Positions 9,201-19,592 are shown, counted from the first letter of the stretch. The stretch: 32,000 nucleotides of DNA from Cereibacter sphaeroides 2.4.1 (GCF_000012905.2 NC_007493.2:1440001-1472000), one strand, 5' to 3'. Notes: generated by a model not told the origin, from the letters alone. Program-made: numbers and translations.

Positions 9201-9486
9201 GGAACTCGACGACGGTGGTCGAGCGGCCGTCCACCACGGTCGAGGTGATGTTCTTCACCCCGGTGACGCCCGCCACGGCATCCTCGATCTCCTTGGTGAC
9301 CTGCGTCTCCATTTCGGCGGGCGCGGCGCCGGCCTGATCGACCGTCACCGCCACCAGCGGCACGTCGATGTTCGGAAAGCGCGTGATGGGCAGCGTGTTG
9401 AAGGCCTGCCAGCCCAGCACCATCAGCAGGACGAAGCCGAGGAGCGGCGCGACCGGATTGCGGATCGACCAGGCGGAGAAGTTCAT
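6220..9486 (-). CDS. RND multidrug efflux transporter, inner-membrane pump (AcrB/HAE1 family)
   Basis: 1088 aa. It starts MNFSAWSIRNPVAPLLGF and shows 12-TM RND architecture with two large periplasmic loops and the typical VDDAIVEIENI motif. A ~55-aa charged, coiled-coil-like C-terminal tail is present. Confidence 0.95.
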   Translation of the reverse strand: MNFSAWSIRNPVAPLLGFVLLMVLGWQAFNTLPITRFPNIDVPLVAVTVDQAGAAPAEMETQVTKEIEDAVAGVTGVKNITSTVVDGRSTTVVEFRMEVPTEKAVQDTKDAIDQIRGDLPGGIEAPIVTRIDVEGQAIMTFAVSSPNMTIEELSWFVDDTITRALQGKPGIGRVDRYGGAEREIRVELDPVKLDSFGITAPQVNTQLRATNANLGSGRAELGQGEQAIRVLGDAATAGRLAATTIALPSGRFVRLSDLGEVVDSYEELRSFSRFNGEPVVTFAVFRAKGASEVSVAETVNAVLADLARAHPEVRAELVDDTVFYTYGNYEAALHTLLEGALLATLVVLAFLRNWRATFIAAVALPLSAVPTFWVMDLLGFSLNLVSFLAITLATGILVDDAIVEIENIARHIRMGKSPYRAAIDAADEIGMAVIATSLTIVAVFVPVSFMPGIPGQYFAQFGLTVAISVLFSLLVARLITPMMAAYLMRSKDADEKSHGDGFIMRGYLGLVRQTLRFRYLTLLAAIGVFAVSMFFMLRIPGSFIPPEDVSRIPLSVELAPGSSLDETDRTTQAILERIRDVEGVENVFVLGGASPTGERDIRRAAVTVLLEKLDHRLSYRIVTLAGRLPLVGPFLPQMTPEGRVRPQNEIEAEIFARIADVPDARAFKLNDRGERDLSFSILSSSEADLNTAVARLESALRGDPLLADVASEGALPRPELQITPRGDEAARLGVTTAQIAEIVRVATIGDIDASLAKVSLDGRQIPVRVQLATAARGDLARIAALKITTASGAQVPLSAVADIRIAEGPSVVDRLNRERRATIGANLPVGVALGTASARFKEITESVELPPTVRIQEAGDAEVQQELMTSFGNAMILGLMLVLTVLILLFRSVLQPFTILFSLPLAIGGVAAALILTGSALSMPVLIGILMLMGIVTKNAILLVDFAVEMRARGMDRFSAILEAGHKRARPIVMTSIAMSAGMLPSALGVGEGGPFRAPMATAVIGGIIVSTVLSLVIVPSFFLIMDDLSRLFARLFRGISGAREEEVPQPTPEELAERLTAREADLAALQARVAELEQAPKRMFVAQ

Positions 9487-9496
9487 CGCGGGCGCC

Positions 9497-10669
9497 TCAG
9501 TTGACGGGTTCGGCGGGGACCGGGTTCACCCGGTCTCCGGGGCGCACGAAGGCGCCGGCCTTCGTCACCACGAGGTCGTTCGAGAACAGGCCCTCGACGA
9601 TCTCGACCATGCCGCGGTCGCGGATGCCCGTGGTGACGGGCGTCCGCTCCACCTCGCCGCCCTGACGCACGCGCAGGACCGTCGCACCGTCGGCGCCGCC
9701 GCTGACCGCCGTCACCGGCACCGCCAGCGCGTCGCGCTCGCTCACGAGGATCTCGGCCTCGGCGAACATGCCCGAGCGCACGGCCTCCATCTGGCCTATG
9801 GCGATGCGCGCACGGCCGAGGCGGGTGGCGGTGTCGATGGTGGGCTCGACCAGCCGGACCGTCCCTTCGAGCGGCTCGGCCGTGCCGAGCGTGCGGATCA
9901 GCACCTTCTGCCCGGGCCTGAGCCGCAGCAGATCCTGCTCGGCCACATCGGCGAAGAGCTCGAGCTGCCCGTCGCGCAGCAGCGTGAACATGGGCTCGCC
10001 CTGCGCCGAGGCGATGGCGCCGACCTTGGCCGTGCGCGAGACGATCTCGCCCGCCACCGGCGCCACCACCGACGTGCGGTTCAATTGCAGCTCGATATTG
10101 GCCAGCTGCGCCTCGGCCAGCGCCACCTGCGCCCGCGCGGCCTCGAGCGTCTGGCGCGCGACCATCACGCGGGCGTTGGCCGAGACCGACGCGGCCTGCG
10201 CCGTATCGGCCGCCGCCTGCGAGGCCGCACCCTGCTGGCGCAGCTGCGCGGTGCGCCGGTTCACCCGCTCGGCCTCGTCGGCGGAGGCCTTGGCCTCGAG
10301 CACCTGCGCCTCGGCCTGGGCGATGGTGGCGCGCGCCGAGGCGAGCGAGGCGGTGAACTGGCTCTTCTGCAGTTCGAGCGTCGAGACCGACAGGCGCGCC
10401 AGCACCTGCCCCTCGGCCACGGTATCGCCCACGTCGGCCTCGAGCGTCTCGATGGGCTGGCCCTCGATCAGCGGTTGGACCTGCACCAGCTCGACCGCGC
10501 CGATCAGCCCCGAGGCGATCACCCGGTCGCGCATCGGCCGGCGCACGACGGTCGAGACCGTGATGGCGGGCAGGGCCTGAGCACCTGCGGCCGGGGTGGC
10601 GGCCTCCTGCGCGGGGCTCGCCCAGGGCATCAGACCGGCAAGAAGGGCAATCGTCATCACGCGCCGCAT
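9497..10669 (-). CDS. RND efflux periplasmic adaptor (membrane fusion protein, HlyD/AcrA family)
   Basis: The product starts MRRVMTIALLAGLMPWASPAQE (signal peptide), followed by lipoyl, coiled-coil and beta-barrel MFP regions. GAGAGG lies 6 nt upstream of ATG 10669. The alternative ATG at 10657 overlaps the tetR stop (TGATG). The gene ends 10 nt before the RND pump gene. Confidence 0.9.
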   Translation of the reverse strand: MRRVMTIALLAGLMPWASPAQEAATPAAGAQALPAITVSTVVRRPMRDRVIASGLIGAVELVQVQPLIEGQPIETLEADVGDTVAEGQVLARLSVSTLELQKSQFTASLASARATIAQAEAQVLEAKASADEAERVNRRTAQLRQQGAASQAAADTAQAASVSANARVMVARQTLEAARAQVALAEAQLANIELQLNRTSVVAPVAGEIVSRTAKVGAIASAQGEPMFTLLRDGQLELFADVAEQDLLRLRPGQKVLIRTLGTAEPLEGTVRLVEPTIDTATRLGRARIAIGQMEAVRSGMFAEAEILVSERDALAVPVTAVSGGADGATVLRVRQGGEVERTPVTTGIRDRGMVEIVEGLFSNDLVVTKAGAFVRPGDRVNPVPAEPVN

Positions 10670-11298
10670 GGCAGACCTCTCGCTTTCGAAGCACCCTGCG
10701 CCTCGCACCGTGCCACCTCGTCGAGGGTGGCGTCGATGCTGCGCAGCAGAAGGGATTTCAGTTCGACCGCCCCGGCCCGCTTCTGCGGCCAGTCGAGCGC
10801 CCAGGCCCGCACCAGCATCACGAGGAAGGCGGCATGGGCTGCAAAGCGCGCCTCGGCCTCGGCCGGAGGTTGCCCCGTCACGCGGGCGAAGATCCCGAGG
10901 AAGGCCCGGCGGATCTCCGTCTCCATGCGCTCGCAGATGCCGGCGATCTCGGGGTTGCGGTGCGCCATGGCGGTGATCTCGGCCCAGAGCGGCGCATCCT
11001 CCTCGCAGAGCTCCACCTCGATCCGGTAGCGCAGGATCTCGCGCAGCCGCGCCATCGGATCGTCGGACGAGACCACGGCGGCGAAGTCACGCTCGACGCC
11101 TTCGAGATCGCGCCGCACGATCGCCTCGACGATGGCGGCCTTCGAGGGAAAGTAGCGGTAGAAGTTGCCGACGCTCATGCCCGCGGCGCGGGCCAGATCC
11201 TGCATCGAGGCGCCGTCGAACCCCTTCTCGGCGAAGGTGCCGCGGATCTGATCGAGGATCTCGTCGCCGCGCGGAACGGGGGCAGAGCTGTCGGGCAT
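10657..11298 (-). CDS. TetR/AcrR-family transcriptional repressor
   Basis: An N-terminal HTH is present (FAEKGFDGASMQDLARAAGMSVGNFYRYFPSKAAI). I set the start to ATG 11298 (MPDSS...), because the longer track ORF (to 11337) would begin inside the operator palindrome. Confidence 0.9.
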   Translation of the reverse strand: MPDSSAPVPRGDEILDQIRGTFAEKGFDGASMQDLARAAGMSVGNFYRYFPSKAAIVEAIVRRDLEGVERDFAAVVSSDDPMARLREILRYRIEVELCEEDAPLWAEITAMAHRNPEIAGICERMETEIRRAFLGIFARVTGQPPAEAEARFAAHAAFLVMLVRAWALDWPQKRAGAVELKSLLLRSIDATLDEVARCEAQGASKARGLPCGA

Positions 11299-11315
11299 GA
11301 GGCCTCGTGCGGCTG

Positions 11316-11335
11316 GCGAATGAACGTTCATTCGC
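11316..11335. promoter_or_regulatory. Perfect 20-bp palindrome, probable TetR operator
   Basis: GCGAATGAAC|GTTCATTCGC is perfectly self-complementary. It ends 18 nt upstream of the tetR ATG. A possible TTGATC-N16-TATGTG promoter lies just upstream on the minus strand. Confidence 0.6.
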
Positions 11336-11496
11336 ACATAGAGAGCCGTCAGGCAAGATCAAGAGGGCGTGAGGCGCCCCCGCTTGCATCGCCCGACAGG
11401 CAGGCGTAGCACGAGGTGGCGCATCGCCGCAGGGCTCCCGTCCCGGGATGACCGCCGCGGCCCACCCCCCAACGCAGGATTTCCAAAGGAGCGGCC

Positions 11497-12141
11497 ATGA
11501 TCCGCCTCGACATTTTCTCGGATCCCGTCTGCCCCTGGTGCTACATCGGCAAGGCGCATCTGGACCGCGCGCTCGAGACGCGCCCCGACCATCCGTTCCT
11601 CATCGAATGGCACCCGTTCCAGCTCAATCCCGACATGCCCCCCGAAGGGATGGACCGGCGCAGCTACCTCGAAACCAAGTTCGGCGGGCGTCAGGCCGCG
11701 GTCGAGGTCTATGCCCAGGTGCAGGCCGCGGCCGAGGCGGCGGGGCTCGAGATCGACTTCTCCGCGATCGAACGCACGCCCAACACGCTCGACGCGCACC
11801 GGCTGATCCATTGGGCCGGGCTCGAGGGGCGGCAGGCGGCGGTGGTCTCCGCCCTCTTCCGCGGCTATTTCCGCGAGGGGCTCGACATCGGCGTGCCCGA
11901 GGTGCTGGCCGACATCGCCGGGCGCTGCGGCATGGACCGGGCGCTGACGCTCCGGCTGCTCTCCTCGGATGCCGACCGCGAGGATCTGGCCGCGCGGGAT
12001 GCGGATGCGCGCGCCAAGGGCGTGCGGGCGGTGCCCACCTTCCTCGTTGCCCGCCGCCATGTGGTGCCCGGCGCGCAGCCGGTCGAGCTCTGGCAGCAGG
12101 TGATCGACGAACTGGCCGCAGCGAAGGGATCCGACGCATGA
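11497..12141 (+). CDS. DsbA-family thiol:disulfide oxidoreductase, FrnE / 2-hydroxychromene-2-carboxylate isomerase-like, no signal peptide
   Basis: The product starts MIRLDIFSDPVCPWCYIGK, with the CPWC active site at residues 12-15 and no leader sequence. AAGGAG lies 6 nt upstream. A C-terminal VPTF cis-Pro-type motif is present. Confidence 0.85.
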   Translation: MIRLDIFSDPVCPWCYIGKAHLDRALETRPDHPFLIEWHPFQLNPDMPPEGMDRRSYLETKFGGRQAAVEVYAQVQAAAEAAGLEIDFSAIERTPNTLDAHRLIHWAGLEGRQAAVVSALFRGYFREGLDIGVPEVLADIAGRCGMDRALTLRLLSSDADREDLAARDADARAKGVRAVPTFLVARRHVVPGAQPVELWQQVIDELAAAKGSDA

Positions 12142-13355
12142 CTTCCCTCGCAGGCTCCCCCGAGAGCGGGCGGCTCTCGAAGCCCGAATTCGTCGGCATG
12201 ATCGCGATGCTCTTCGCGACCGTGGCCTTTTCCATCGATTCCATGCTGCCCGCCCTGCCCCAGATCGCGGCCGAGCTGAGCCCGGACGCGCCGAACCGCG
12301 CGCAGCTGATCCTCACGAGCTTCGTCCTCGGCATGGGGATCGGCACCATCTTCGCAGGCCCGCTCTCGGACCGGTTCGGGCGCAAGAAGGTCATCATGGG
12401 CGGCGCCGTGCTCTATTGCCTCGCCGCGCTCTGCGCCTGGGCGGCCCCCACGCTCGAGTTCATGCTGCTGGCCCGCGTGGCGGGCGGGCTCGGCGCTGCG
12501 GCTCCGCGGGTCGTGTCGCTGGCGCTCGTCCGCGACCTCTACCGCGGGCGCGAGATGGCGCGGATCATGAGCTTTGCCATGCTGATCTTCACGCTGGTGC
12601 CGGCGGTGGCGCCGCTCCTCGGCACGGTCGTGATCGAGGCCCTGGGCTGGCGCGGCATCTTCCTGTCGTTCCTCGGCTTTTCGGCCGTGTCGATCCTCTG
12701 GGTCTCGCTGCGCCAGCCTGAGACGCTCCCGCCCGAGGCGCGCCGCCCCTTCTCGACCGAGGGGCTGGTCTCGGCCTTCCGCGAGGTGCTCTCGCACCGG
12801 GTGATCCTCACCGCCATCGGGGTGCAGACGCTGGTCTTCGGCGCGCTCTTCGGCACGCTCTCCTCGACCCAGCAGGTCTTCGACACGACCTGGGGCCGGG
12901 CCGAGAGCTTCCCGCTCTGGTTTGCGGCCATCGCCCTCATGGCGGGCAGCGCGAGCCTCGTGAACGCGGCCCTCGTCATGCGGCTCGGGATGCGCTTCCT
13001 CGTGACGGTCGCGCTCGGCGTGCAGTTCCTCGTCTCGCTCGGCATGTGGGGGATGAACGTGGCCGACCTCTGGCCGGCGGCGCTGGCCTTCCCGGCCTAT
13101 GTGGCCTGGACGACGGGGGTGTTCTTCACCGCGGGCCTGACGCTCGGCAACCTCAATGCGCTGGCGATGGAGCCTGTCGGCCATATCGCGGGCATGGCGG
13201 CGTCGGTCATCGGCTCGATCGCGACGGTTCTCGCGGTCTGCCTCGCCGCGCCACTGGGTCTCGCCTTCGACGGGACGCCCCTGCCGCTCATGCTGGGCGT
13301 GGCCTGCTTTGCGGGACTGGGCTACCTGCTGATCCGCTCGCTGCCCCGGAACTGA
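12138..13355 (+). CDS. MFS drug exporter, Bcr/CflA subfamily (12 TM)
   Basis: This is the internal ATG at 12138 of track ORF 11448..13355, and it overlaps the upstream stop (ATGA). The product MTSLAGSPESGRLSKPEFVGMIAMLFATVAFSIDSMLPALPQIA... carries the MFS motif A-like GPLSDRFGRKKV. Confidence 0.9.
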   Translation: MTSLAGSPESGRLSKPEFVGMIAMLFATVAFSIDSMLPALPQIAAELSPDAPNRAQLILTSFVLGMGIGTIFAGPLSDRFGRKKVIMGGAVLYCLAALCAWAAPTLEFMLLARVAGGLGAAAPRVVSLALVRDLYRGREMARIMSFAMLIFTLVPAVAPLLGTVVIEALGWRGIFLSFLGFSAVSILWVSLRQPETLPPEARRPFSTEGLVSAFREVLSHRVILTAIGVQTLVFGALFGTLSSTQQVFDTTWGRAESFPLWFAAIALMAGSASLVNAALVMRLGMRFLVTVALGVQFLVSLGMWGMNVADLWPAALAFPAYVAWTTGVFFTAGLTLGNLNALAMEPVGHIAGMAASVIGSIATVLAVCLAAPLGLAFDGTPLPLMLGVACFAGLGYLLIRSLPRN

Positions 13356-13367
13356 TAGCCTGCCACG

Positions 13368-13400
13368 CAGGGATGGCCTCCGGGCCATCCCTGTCGTTTT
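13368..13400 (+). terminator. Rho-independent terminator of the MFS operon
   Basis: An 11-bp stem CAGGGATGGCC / GGCCATCCCTG with loop TCCG is followed by TCGTTTT. Confidence 0.7.
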
Positions 13401-13617
13401 CCGTCTGCAGGCCGAAGGCGCGACCCGGGTAGGCCTGGCTGCGACCGCTCTCCCGCTGCGCAATGGTTCCTGCCTTCGCTCGACTTGCCGGGGGGCGACC
13501 CCTGTCCCGCGACGGGGTGGCCGATGCCGGCCTCAACCCTGCCCCGCAGTCACCTGCCCGCCGGACGGGCCTCCTGTGTCCTCCCGCAGGGAGACGGACC
13601 CCGTCCCCTGCCTTCGG

Positions 13618-16600
13618 CTAGCCCGCCGGTCGAGCGACCTTGGCGGGGGTCTTCTCAGGCTTCACCACCTTCTCGGCCAGATCGCGGGCGATGGCGAAGG
13701 CGCCCTTGATCCGTTCGCCTTCGGTCTTCCAGTCGCGCGCAAGCACGATCTTGTTGTCCTTCACCCGCGCCGTCTCGCCCTGCGCCTTGATGAAATCCAC
13801 AAGGCCCGCCGGATTGGCGAACTTGTCGTTGTGGAACTGCACCGTCGCCCCGCGCGGGCCGGTTTCGAGCCGCGAGATGCCCGCGCGCTTGCACATGGCC
13901 TTGATGCGCACCACGAGGAGAAGCGTGTTGACCTCGCGCGGCAGCGGGCCGAACCGGTCGATCAGCTCGGCCGCGAACCCTTCGAGCTCGACCTTGGTCG
14001 TGAGACCCGAGAGCCTGCGGTAAAGCCCGAGCCGCACGTCGAGATCGGGCACGAACTCCTCGGGGATCAGCACGGGGACGCCGAGGTTGATCTGCGGCGC
14101 CCATTGCTCGTCGGGCTCGCTCAGGCCCTGCAGCTCGCCCGAGCGGATCTTCTGGATCGTCTCCTCCAGCATCTGCTGGTAAAGCTCGTAGCCCACCTCC
14201 TTGATATGACCCGACTGTTCCTCGCCGAGGAGGTTGCCCGCGCCGCGCAGGTCGAGGTCGTGCGAGGCGAGATTGAAGCCCGCGCCGAGACTGTCGAGGG
14301 AGGCGAGCAGCCGCAGCCGCTTGATCGCCTGCGGGGTGAGAGGCGCGCGCGGCTTCGTCGTGAGATAGCAATAGGCCCGCGTCTTGGCCCGGCCCACCCG
14401 GCCGCGGATCTGATAGAGCTGGCTCAGGCCGAACATGTCGGCGCGATGGACGATCATCGTGTTGGCGGTCGGGATGTCGAGGCCCGACTCTACGATGGTC
14501 GTGGCCAGAAGCACGTCGAACTTGCCATCGTAGAAGGCATTCATCCGCTCGTCGAGCTCGCCCGCCGCCAGCTGGCCGTGCGCCACCACATAGGAGACCT
14601 CGGGCACATGGTCGCGCAGGAAGGCCTCCATGTCGGGCAGATCCGAGAGCCGCGGGACGACGAAGAAGCTCTGCCCGCCCCGATACCGCTCGCGCAGGAG
14701 CGCCTCGCGGATCGTCACAGTATCGAATTCCGAGACGTAGGTGCGGATGGCGAGCCGGTCCACGGGCGGCGTCGCGATGATCGACAGATCGCGCACGCCG
14801 GTCAGCGACAGTTGCAGCGTCCGCGGGATGGGCGTCGCGGTCAGCGTCAGCACATGGACCTCGGAGCGCATCTCCTTCAGCCGCTCCTTGTGCGACACGC
14901 CGAAATGCTGCTCCTCGTCGATGATGAGGAGCCCGAGGTTCTTCAGCTTCACGCCCTTGGCCAGAAGCGCATGGGTGCCGATGCAGATATCCACCGTGCC
15001 GTCGGCGAGGCCCGACCGCGTCTCGGCCGCCTCCCTGGCCGAGACGAAGCGCGACAGTTGATGCACTTTCATCGGAAAGCCGCGGAAGCGCTCGGCAAAG
15101 CTGCGGAAATGCTGACGGGCGAGAAGCGTGGTCGGGCAGATGACGGCCACCTGCATGCCCGCCAATGCCGCCACGAAGGCCGCCCGCATCGCGACCTCGG
15201 TCTTGCCGAAGCCCACATCGCCCACCACGAGCCGGTCCATCGGGCTGCCGGATTCGAGGTCCTTCACCACATCCGCGATGGCCGACAGCTGGTCGTCCGT
15301 CTCCTGATAGGGGAAGCGGGCCGAAAAGGCCTCCCACAGCGAATGCGGCGCCTCGAGGATCGGCGCATGGCGCAGGTGCCGCTCGGCCGCGATCCGCATG
15401 AGCCGCTCGGCAATCTCGCGGATCCGCTCCTTGAGGCGCGCCTTCTTGGCCTGCCACGCCCCGCCGCCCAGCTTGTCGAGCAGCCCCTCTTCGTGCCCGT
15501 AGCGGCTCAGAAGCTCGATATTCTCGACCGGCAGGTAGAGCTTCGCGTCCTCGGCATAGACGAGATGCAGGTAATCGTGCGGCGGCCCCGGCTTGTTCGA
15601 GGGCGGCTGCGGCACCCGCAGCGTCTCGAGGCCCATGTAGCGGCCCACGCCATGCTCGACATGGACGACGAGATCGCCGGGCGTCAGCGTGTCGTGCTCG
15701 CGCAGGAAGTTCTCGGCCTTCCGGCGCTTCTTCGGCTTCGAGATCAGCCGGTCGCCCAGCACATCCTGTTCCGAGATCACGGCGAGCCCCGGCGCGGTGA
15801 AGCCCTGCTCCAGCGCCCAGACCATCAGATGCGTGCCGCCGCGTGCCTCGGGCACGTCGCGGATGTCCTGCGCGAGCTTCGTGCCCTGCAGGCCGGCTTC
15901 CTCGAGAAGCCCCTTCAGCCGTTCGCGCGCGCCCTCGGACCAGCTGGCGATCACGACCTGCCGATCCTCGCGCAAGCTGCGAACATGATCGACCAACGCC
16001 CCGAACAGGCTGATGTTTTCGGCCTGACGCTCGGGCGCGAAGCTGCGCCCCATCCGCCCGCCCGCATCGAGGACGCCCGGACCGGGGCTCTGGGCCAGCG
16101 GCGAAAGCTGGATCACCCGGTGCCCGGCCACGGCCGCCTCCCATGCGGCTTCGTCGAGATAGAGGAGATCCGGCGCGGCGGGCTTGTAGACCGTGTCGAG
16201 CCGGCCCTTCGCCGTCATCGCCTCGCGCCGCGCGTCATACTGGTCGGCGATCCCCTCCCAGCGCGAGATCCGCGCCGGCGTCACCTGATCGTCGAGCATC
16301 ACGCTCGCCTCGGGCAGATAGTCGAAGAGCGTCTCGAGCCGCGCGTGGAAGAAGGGCAGCCAGTGCTCCATCCCCTGATGCTTGCGGCCTGCCGACACGG
16401 CCTCGTAGAGCGGGTCGTCCGTCCCCGCCGCGCCGAACTCGATCCGATAGTTCTGGCGGAAGCGGGTAAAGGCACCCTCGTCCAGCATCACCTCCGACAC
16501 CGGGGCCAGCTCCACGAGGTCGAGCTTCTCGACCGTGCGCTGGGTCTCGGGGTCGAAGCGGCGCGCTCCGTCCAGCACGTCGCCGAAGAAATCGAGCCGC

Positions 16601-17124
16601 ACCGGCCCCGCCACACCCGGCGGATAGATGTCGACGATGCCGCCGCGGATCGCATAGTCGCCGGGCTCCGTCACCGTGTCGGTGAGCGAGAATCCCATGC
16701 GGGCGAGATAGGACCTAAGGCGTCCCTCATCCACCCGGTCGCCCACGCGGGCCGAGAAGGAGGCCGCCCGCAGCACCTCGCGCGCGGGAATGCGCTGGGT
16801 CGCGGCATTGAGCGTGGTCAGCAGGACGAAGGCCCCCGGCATCCCGTGCGCCAGGGCGGCGAGCGTCGCCATCCGCCGCGCCGAGATCTCGGGGTTGGGC
16901 GAGACCCGGTCGTAGGGCAGGCAGTCCCAGGCCGGAAGCTCCAGCACCACGGCGCGCGGCGCCATGACGGCCAGCGCCGTGCGCATGGCCTCGAGCCGCT
17001 TGTCGTCGCGCGCGACGTGAATGACAGGGGCACCGCGGTCGAGCTCTTTCGCGACCAGCCGGGCATCGTAGCCCTCGGGCGCACCGCCGAGGAAGATCCG
17101 CGTTCCGTTCTGCATGAGGCTCAC
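13618..17124 (-). CDS. mfd: Transcription-repair coupling factor
   Basis: 1168 aa. It has a UvrB-homology N-terminal region, the superfamily-2 helicase motifs GDVGFGKTEVAMRAA, DEEQHFG and TATPIPRT, and a TRCF C-terminal domain. The track start at 17124 is a GTG. The ATG at 17115 (MQNGTRIFLGGAPEG) is an equally plausible start. Confidence 0.95.
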   Translation of the reverse strand: MSLMQNGTRIFLGGAPEGYDARLVAKELDRGAPVIHVARDDKRLEAMRTALAVMAPRAVVLELPAWDCLPYDRVSPNPEISARRMATLAALAHGMPGAFVLLTTLNAATQRIPAREVLRAASFSARVGDRVDEGRLRSYLARMGFSLTDTVTEPGDYAIRGGIVDIYPPGVAGPVRLDFFGDVLDGARRFDPETQRTVEKLDLVELAPVSEVMLDEGAFTRFRQNYRIEFGAAGTDDPLYEAVSAGRKHQGMEHWLPFFHARLETLFDYLPEASVMLDDQVTPARISRWEGIADQYDARREAMTAKGRLDTVYKPAAPDLLYLDEAAWEAAVAGHRVIQLSPLAQSPGPGVLDAGGRMGRSFAPERQAENISLFGALVDHVRSLREDRQVVIASWSEGARERLKGLLEEAGLQGTKLAQDIRDVPEARGGTHLMVWALEQGFTAPGLAVISEQDVLGDRLISKPKKRRKAENFLREHDTLTPGDLVVHVEHGVGRYMGLETLRVPQPPSNKPGPPHDYLHLVYAEDAKLYLPVENIELLSRYGHEEGLLDKLGGGAWQAKKARLKERIREIAERLMRIAAERHLRHAPILEAPHSLWEAFSARFPYQETDDQLSAIADVVKDLESGSPMDRLVVGDVGFGKTEVAMRAAFVAALAGMQVAVICPTTLLARQHFRSFAERFRGFPMKVHQLSRFVSAREAAETRSGLADGTVDICIGTHALLAKGVKLKNLGLLIIDEEQHFGVSHKERLKEMRSEVHVLTLTATPIPRTLQLSLTGVRDLSIIATPPVDRLAIRTYVSEFDTVTIREALLRERYRGGQSFFVVPRLSDLPDMEAFLRDHVPEVSYVVAHGQLAAGELDERMNAFYDGKFDVLLATTIVESGLDIPTANTMIVHRADMFGLSQLYQIRGRVGRAKTRAYCYLTTKPRAPLTPQAIKRLRLLASLDSLGAGFNLASHDLDLRGAGNLLGEEQSGHIKEVGYELYQQMLEETIQKIRSGELQGLSEPDEQWAPQINLGVPVLIPEEFVPDLDVRLGLYRRLSGLTTKVELEGFAAELIDRFGPLPREVNTLLLVVRIKAMCKRAGISRLETGPRGATVQFHNDKFANPAGLVDFIKAQGETARVKDNKIVLARDWKTEGERIKGAFAIARDLAEKVVKPEKTPAKVARPAG

Positions 17125-17191
17125 TTAACAGGGCGCGCCGCCGCGTCAACGGCCTGCGTGCTGCGTTGCTGCACGGCGGCTCCCGGGGCCG

Positions 17192-18855
<1,664 letters not shown>

Positions 18856-18894
18856 CGCATCGGCACCGGGCTGCCGCGGCCGGGACGCTTCGGG

Positions 18895-18923
18895 CTGACA
18901 AAGGGCGAAGAACGCGATATAAG
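18895..18923 (+). promoter_or_regulatory. Sigma70-like promoter CTGACA-N17-TATAAG
   Basis: The -35 CTGACA is at 18895-18900 and the -10 TATAAG at 18918-18923, with a 17-nt spacer. It lies ~60 nt upstream of the SYLF lipoprotein gene. The -10 hexamer is the same as in the 4078-4106 promoter. Confidence 0.4.
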
Positions 18924-18981
18924 TGTCCGTCAGGGGACGAAGATCCCCGCCCCAGGGACTTGAGGCGGAATGAGGGTTTCC

Positions 18982-19539
18982 ATGGCTGATTATTCGAGAC
19001 GGGCTTTTCTCGGCACCGCCGGCGCGGCGCTGGCGCTCGTGGCAGGCTGTGCCAACGGCGTCGGCAACAACAATGCGGCGGTGATCGATGCGCGGGTGGA
19101 TGCCACGCGCGACTATCTCTTCAATCGCTACCCCGGCACGCGCGACCTCGCCCGCGATGCCAGGGGCGTGCTCTACATGCCGCTCGTGACCGAGGCGGGC
19201 TTCGGCGTGGGCGGCGCCTACGGCCGCGGCGCGCTCCGCATCAACGACATCACGGTGGACTATTACTCGGCCACCCGCGCCACCATCGGCTTCCAGATCG
19301 GCGCGCAGCAATATGCCCATGCGCTCTTCTTCATGACCGAGCAGGCGCTGGCCGACTTCCGCGCCGGCACCGGCTGGGCGGTGGGCGCGGACGTGCGCTA
19401 CGCCACGCCCGATCAGGGCGCGAGCCTCGGCAAGGAAACGACCGAGATCCAGCCCGTCGTGGCGCTGGTCTTCGGCCAGTCCGGCCTGATCGCCGGAGCG
19501 ACGCTGGGCGGCGTGAAATATTCGCGCATCATCCCCTGA
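18982..19539 (+). CDS. SYLF (Ysc84/DUF500) domain lipoprotein with twin-arginine signal
   Basis: The product starts MADYSRRAFLGTAGAALALVAGC, combining an RR motif with the lipobox LVAGC. It then shows GFGVGGAYGRGAL...IGFQIGAQQYAHALFFMTEQAL...GWAVGADV, typical of bacterial SYLF proteins. GAGGG lies 5 nt upstream of ATG 18982. Confidence 0.75.
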   Translation: MADYSRRAFLGTAGAALALVAGCANGVGNNNAAVIDARVDATRDYLFNRYPGTRDLARDARGVLYMPLVTEAGFGVGGAYGRGALRINDITVDYYSATRATIGFQIGAQQYAHALFFMTEQALADFRAGTGWAVGADVRYATPDQGASLGKETTEIQPVVALVFGQSGLIAGATLGGVKYSRIIP

Positions 19540-19560
19540 ACGGGCCATCTTTCGCGATCC

Positions 19561-19592
19561 GGGCCCCGGGAGCCGCTCCCGGGGCCCTTTCC
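19561..19592 (+). terminator. Rho-independent terminator
   Basis: A 12-bp perfect stem GGGCCCCGGGAG / CTCCCGGGGCCC with loop CCG is followed by TTTCC. Confidence 0.65.

Noticed and set aside
13401-13617. A 217-bp GC-rich spacer between convergent MFS and mfd genes with several imperfect hairpins. I considered whether it hides a tRNA, an sRNA or a small ORF.
   Set aside because: There is no cloverleaf-compatible arms pattern, no promoter-like hexamers and no U-tract terminator beyond the MFS one. The small ORFs here (13485..13709+, 13288..13536-) are Pro/Arg/Ser-rich junk. The hairpins are most simply terminator structures for mfd.
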